In this document: positions 58,758 to 64,000 of the stretch, piece by piece
How the letters are laid out: every line of letters starts with the position of its first letter
How positions within the stretch are numbered: position 1 is the first letter of the stretch
From: Eukaryota sp. GEM-RC1
Lineage: Eukaryota
Direction of reading: 5' to 3'
NCBI GenBank assembly: GCA_040285855.1
Contig: JAUFOQ010000003.1
Coordinates: forward strand, 1,736,001-1,800,000
Length of the DNA stretch: 64,000 bases
Notes under the pieces: model-generated
The model's database searches: none
What the model was told of the DNA's origin: nothing
What the model saw: the letters and a program-made list of their open reading frames with translations, nothing else
Made by a program: the position numbers and the translations under genes

Positions 58758-59789
58758 CTACTTTAAAACTTCTACCGCATGTTGCACAGCTGGTGGAATT
58801 GACTGGTCGAATGCAGCTAGCATATCGTCGATTTGTTTTTGATCGAATGATGTCTCCCTCATAAGAAAATGGTCAACGTGCCGTAGGTATACAGTTTCCT
58901 CATCTTTCAGAAAGGCGTTCAGCTCATAGCAATAATCCCAGAGCAATTCTTTTTGTTCTTCAGGTTTGGCAGCGTGCATTGCGTCTAGAATGGTTTTAAG
59001 AGTCTGAATGCGTTCTTGGTAGAGTTTCAATGGTCGAAACTCATGAGTGATACGACCAAGTGTAACAGGGAGGGAATGTATAATGTAGGCGACCTTAAAG
59101 TAGAAGGAGTGAACATAATCAGAAAAGAACTGGAGTAAGTGGTTGAACTCAAGGGAATTTGCAACACGCAGAACTTTATACACAACTGACACACACTGCA
59201 TCAATCGTGACGAAACGTATGATGTAGCAATTGGAGCTGTAGGGGGAACTTTAGTTAATGTGAGATCAACATTGGGATCAAAGTCAGGACGGTTGGCAAA
59301 CTTCTCATAAGCTTCAGCCACAAAGGCCTCACACGCACGAACTTTTGATGTTTCGTGTGACATCAGGCGTTCTCGCAAGGAGTCAAGATCAAAATCTCCT
59401 ATATACAACATGAGAGAAGGAAAAACCATGGCTTCTTCCGCTGATGCATGTACCGAACTTAAGGCAATGAATTCACGAACCAATTCACGAAAAACAGTAT
59501 GGTTTTTTTGATACTCTTCACACATGGCAGCATGAATAGACTTTAGCTTATCGTGCTGAACTTTTATGGTCAGTACTCTGTCAACGAGAGGTGAAAGTTC
59601 GACTACATAATCTGAGAGAGCCTCTTCTTCGCAATCACAGTGGAAAGAGAGACAATAGTGACCGAGAAAGTCAAGGTAAGGTTGAAGATCAGCGCCATTC
59701 TGGGGATATGATCGTATTAGATGCTGAAAAACATCCAATGCTTTGTATATGATTAGATGTTGCCGTTTGAGTTCGTCTTCAAGAATCAT
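58758..59789 (-). CDS. Tandem hemerythrin/HHE-domain protein
   Basis: LKRQHLII, FHCDCEEEAL, VQHDKL, VHASAEEAMVFP; second degenerate repeat (YVHSFY, ITHEF, FLKDEETVY). Confidence 0.72.
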   Translation of the reverse strand: MILEDELKRQHLIIYKALDVFQHLIRSYPQNGADLQPYLDFLGHYCLSFHCDCEEEALSDYVVELSPLVDRVLTIKVQHDKLKSIHAAMCEEYQKNHTVFRELVREFIALSSVHASAEEAMVFPSLMLYIGDFDLDSLRERLMSHETSKVRACEAFVAEAYEKFANRPDFDPNVDLTLTKVPPTAPIATSYVSSRLMQCVSVVYKVLRVANSLEFNHLLQFFSDYVHSFYFKVAYIIHSLPVTLGRITHEFRPLKLYQERIQTLKTILDAMHAAKPEEQKELLWDYCYELNAFLKDEETVYLRHVDHFLMRETSFDQKQIDDMLAAFDQSIPPAVQHAVEVLK

Positions 59790-60829
59790 CTTGATCAATG
59801 GTGAAAAGGATCAACTTAACTCTTCATTTGATTCTTAAATAGGTTAATAGGCTTTGTCACAATCACTTAGAATTGTCAGTCGACTTGACTCGCAGAACTC
59901 TGAGTAACCAGTCCAGCGTTTAGTCGGAGACTTGAAGTGAAGAATTCTTAAAAACATCCGTGTGTGAACTTGATCATGATCATGATGTTTCTTATTAGGT
60001 GGAGGTTTAGTCATTGTATCAGAAAGCAGAAAAATGCAACTTAAATGAATGAGTAATAACACTTTGAATCATACCTGAAAAATTCATATGTTGTATTTTT
60101 TGTATTTTTTCTAAGTTGTGCATTTTTGGTACTGCAACTGAAAGAGTGCTATCTTGTAGCGTCAATGTTGCAGTTTGTTTCAACTTACAATAAGCTACAT
60201 CTATTTGGTTTCTCTTTAACAATGTCAAAAACATTAAACGAAGAAGTCAATTTAATCTATTGTTGCAAATAAAGTACAATAAAAATTTGTTATCTCAAAC
60301 CTAAATCTAAAATACACCTTCAACTTTCTCTACTATCTGGCAGCTCCATATCCTCCCTTGATTACGTACTATTAAAACTTACTTTTCTTTATTTCCAGGA
60401 GTACGGCGTTTTGCATTATCAAGAAGCTGGGAAGGTTGGTGTCAAATGTTGTGTCAAAGAAGAAGAATGTTGTGTGTACACTACTATACTTGCCAGTGGC
60501 ATTGTCGTCATTTTGATTCGGAATTGCCTCGTCATTGTATCTGTATTTCTTTGTATTTTTTGTATTGTATCAGATCAAAGTGGTTGTATTTTTCAGGTAT
60601 GCTCTGAATCGCACTCTGAGCTCTCAACCCGGAAGATTTGGATTCTTTCAAGCGCCCATTTGATGTTGCGCCCATTGTTATGTTTGATGTTGATGACACT
60701 GTGTGGAAAAGAGTGTTTTCATCGGAAGAACTCCTGGAGCTGAGTGAAATTGTTGCTGTCCAATACTGTTATTAATGAAGACTTTTAAAACCGTCTATAC
60801 ATTTTAGAAGTATTAATCATGAAGAAACT

Positions 60830-61465
60830 CTCTTCGGTAAGCAAGAAGGTTATTTTCCTACAAAAGTACGAATTTGCAAAAACAAACAAATAATACTAAG
60901 ACTAAATCCAAACGTTTTTCAATATTAACCTTCACACCAAACTTGTAGAATTTCTCAATTAGTAGAGAGAAATAGAAAGGCATATTCCTACCATTTTATG
61001 TGGAAAACACAATACGGTTTTTCCATTCAGCCATTCTAAACCTACGCTTCTTTTCTTTACACAGTTCTTCGAAATCCTTGAAAAATCGATCACAGGACTA
61101 ATCGATCCAAAAACAGAACCATCAAAAGGTTGAAACACAAATTTGGAATATGAATTTCGACTACTTGAGAATCATACTTGGAGTGTTTGAGCTTCTCAAC
61201 AGCTGTTAACAGATTAAAAGAAGAATCTAATATCTTGCAAGATATGTTACAAACATCTACTGTGGTAAAATTCATTAATGATTGAGTCGATTTAAGCCAC
61301 GGAGTATGGAGATCCTCTTTTTGGATCTGCAAATTCATTTACTTCAAAACTGGTTCAACTTTAGAGTGGAAGCCATGTAGTTTAAACATGGAATAACAAG
61401 ACTCGCATACACCATCATGAATAACTGAACGTAGATGAATAAAGTAAGGAGAATTAATTATATGA
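60830..61465 (-). mobile_element. Decayed fragment of retrotransposon family B
   Basis: DLHTPWLKS.QSLM.F.TVDVCN and EKLKHSKYDSQV shared with 45091-45861, plus shared 3' UTR. Confidence 0.8.
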
Positions 61466-62133
61466 CAATCAAGAGTATATTGATGGCACGGTCTTTTTTC
61501 CTACAAAGAGTAAGAGAAGCTGTGCTTCAGGTATCTACTTTCTCTCTCAAGTTCGAATCTCGATGGGCTACACACAGCAAAACCAAATGAAATTTAAAAA
61601 AAAGTCAAAAACAAAACAAAAACAAATGTAGCCTGGTATTTTTGCCCACGCAACAGTAGAAACCGTTGCACAGAAACAATTTATTTGAATTTAGTCATGA
61701 TGAAGGTGCTCTGACTATGTAGAATTGTAAACATCTCGTGTCATGAAACAAGTTGTTGAATCGTAACACATGCACAATGAAAAGATGAAATCGGATACAT
61801 TCCACACCATTTAAATATATCAGGTGTGACGGCAAGTACCAACATAGACGACTCTCTAAACACTACATGTTTGATTACAAATTCGACACTAGTCCTCAAT
61901 TGAGACCTGAATTAAAGAATCAAGTAGCTGAATAATTGCCCAGAATTTGAGTTTGCAAATAATTGATAATATGTATTTGATTCAAAATGGGTTGGTCAAA
62001 ACATATATTTTCTTCAATTTGAGAAAACTAAGCAGGATTTATTGTCCAAACTGAACATAATATCCTTACAAAACCAGACTTACATCTGAACAAAAACAAA
62101 AACAACTATAAAGCCAACCACACACATCAAAAA

Positions 62134-62604
62134 TCACGAACAATGCTGTCTAACATACTCCCGTACCTGCTCTTTGTACTTCTCCTGGTTATGTAAGAAA
62201 AGCAACAGCCCTTTCTCATTTGCTGGGTCATCCAGATTTACTCCTTCGAGTAACTGTTGAATTCCCAGTAGGATATCCTTCACTCTAAGTGATGGGCGCC
62301 ACTGTTTACCCTCTGCCAGAAGAGAAAGACAGACAGTACCTGAGGGGAAGATGTTAGGATGACATAGAGGTGGATCAAAGCGACACTTGGGAGGCATTTG
62401 AGGATAATCTGATGGGAACTCCATTACTATAGGTAATAAGCCATTCTCCCAAATAGTGTTTTTTGGTCCAGGAATCTTGCACTTCCACTTCATGAGATTA
62501 AGAGTGTTGTCGGGAAACTTTGTTGGTCTAGCAATAAAACCCGGAGGATGGTCACGTTTCCAAGATTTATATTCCTGTGTAAGACGGACAAGATGAAGTT
62601 CCAT
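62134..62604 (-). CDS. UBC9: SUMO-conjugating enzyme UBC9
   Basis: RLTQEYKSWKRDHPPGFIARP, LNLMKWKCKIPG, HPNIFPSGTVCLSLL, WRPS. Confidence 0.9.
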   Translation of the reverse strand: MELHLVRLTQEYKSWKRDHPPGFIARPTKFPDNTLNLMKWKCKIPGPKNTIWENGLLPIVMEFPSDYPQMPPKCRFDPPLCHPNIFPSGTVCLSLLAEGKQWRPSLRVKDILLGIQQLLEGVNLDDPANEKGLLLFLHNQEKYKEQVREYVRQHCS

Positions 62605-62685
62605 TATTCAGATTAAGTTGTTGATAAAACAGTCTGGGAAAGAAAAAGAAAACAGTAATTTGTTCCACCTACTACATTTAGAACA

Positions 62686-64000
62686 ATGACTCATCAAATA
62701 CTTTATAGATCTAGAGAAGGAACAGGTGTTCTCACATGGAATGGCTCTGTTTTAGAAGACCTATCCTCCTTCAACTTTGTGGAAGACACTCTCGATTCTT
62801 GTTGGTCTTCTGATGGTAGCTCTCTGTTTGTTTCTACCCCAGAAACCATCAATGTCTACTCAGGATCATCTCTATCCAATTTTGTTACTCTCTCTGTCCC
62901 TAATTTGGCTGCATACACTCCTTCTCCCAGTGGTGCTTACGTAGCTTCCATCTCCCGACCCGTGCCAGCATCTTCTACTTCCCACAACTTCTTCATCCAC
63001 CGTATTTCGGATCAAAAAGTCCTATTCTCGTCTTTCGTCCCCAAATTCAATGTTGATCAATGGCCATACATCTCGTTCTCCGCTGATGAACGTTTTGCAG
63101 TCCTGACCTCCCCCCAAGCTGTTAGTTTCCTCTCCTTATCCTCATCTGATCAATTCTCACGTGTACTATACAACTTCTCCCCTCCCAATGGTAGCATCTT
63201 CAAAGCTACCATATCCCCCCTCCATTGGAACCTATCACGTGATCATCTTCATCAAACAGCATGAATCATCTGCTCACCTCCTACTCGTCCTTTCTATACC
63301 ATCTCTCTTGGCTCTGAGTGGTAAGCTAGGACCAACAATCCTCCATCGTTACGTCGTGGGTAATGCAAACGACATTGAAATCCACTGGTCTTACTCTAGA
63401 ACTCATCCTTTTGCAATTGTACTTGCTGCATTTGATGTAGATACATCGAATACGTCGTACCATGGCATTAACCGAGCTTTCTACGTTCCACTAGTTGGAT
63501 CCAAGAACTCTATCAAGAGGTTGTCTCTTCCTGATGGACCTACCCACTCAGTGACGATTCATCCAAAGACTAGTGAGATTTTAGTGTTGGCAGGGTTTAA
63601 TCCGTGTGTGGGTGTGTTTTTCGATCATCATGGCAATCAGAAAGACGTACACTTACCTAGAAGGAATCAATCAGAGGTCAAGTATTCCCCTGGTGGTTCT
63701 TTGATTGCTGTTGGAGGTTTTGGTAACCTTCGTAGTGGCTATTGCTTCTACAAAACCTATCCGGGAATCTCTGTTCATTCCGAGTGTCCAGAGATTGAGA
63801 ATGTCACGTCATGGTCTTGGTTAGTCAACGGAAGTGGATGTTTGATTGCCACGACTTGCCCGAGACTTCGCGTGGGTAACTTTTTAGGTATTTTAGGAAA
63901 CAATTGTGAAATGTTTGCTAAACGTGAGTTTGATGTGCTTTACACTGCCGTTATTAGACCCTTTAGAGGAGATGCTTCTCAATTAAACGATCTAGTTTTG
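62686..64000 (+). CDS. EIF2A: Translation initiation factor eIF2A, 3'-partial, one homopolymer frameshift
   Basis: After correcting C6 at 63215-63220 the frame continues through DVDTSNTSYHG, DGPTHSV, GGFGNL, ATTCPRLRVGN; upstream QWPYISFSADE. Confidence 0.88.

Noticed and set aside
61546..61575. tRNA T-arm-like sequence tcaagttcgaatctcgatgggctaca
   Set aside because: No matching 5' acceptor strand, D-arm or anticodon stem at the right spacing; the T-stem has a mismatch.
1..64000. Alternative genetic code (e.g. TAR=Gln)
   Set aside because: TAA, TAG and TGA all terminate conserved genes at expected positions, and intact genes have no in-frame stops.

Overview
Nuclear DNA (AT-rich) from a compact-genome microbial eukaryote using the standard genetic code. 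It is probably a flagellate (MYCBPAP homologue); the intron signals and a hemerythrin gene would fit an anaerobic, metamonad-like protist, but that is inference. Tightly packed gene clusters alternate with islands of nested, decayed transposons: hAT elements and MITEs with 8-bp TSDs, a TA-flanked Tc1/mariner-like element, and CRE-like REL-endonuclease non-LTR retrotransposon fragments. Genes include PIG-T-like, dephospho-CoA kinase, a MASE1 pseudo-histidine kinase, a Mn-CDF transporter, a GH20 hexosaminidase, NIFK/Nop15, a DHHC palmitoyltransferase, Nup62, TFIIH p62, an M16 peptidase, ABCA, ABCG, an SR-like RRM protein, DYRK, MYCBPAP, a VPS9 protein, TMF, a hemerythrin, UBC9 and eIF2A. Highlights: (1) two paralogous NYN-LOTUS ribonucleases with different C-terminal modules (villin headpiece versus UBA); (2) 28-34 nt introns with a branch-point-like A fixed 7 nt from the 3' end; (3) a Nup62 with no FG domain; (4) five head-to-head gene pairs with only 37-81 bp between start codons. 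Several single-base frameshifts, mostly in homopolymers, look like long-read errors. No rRNA, tRNA or CRISPR array was supported.
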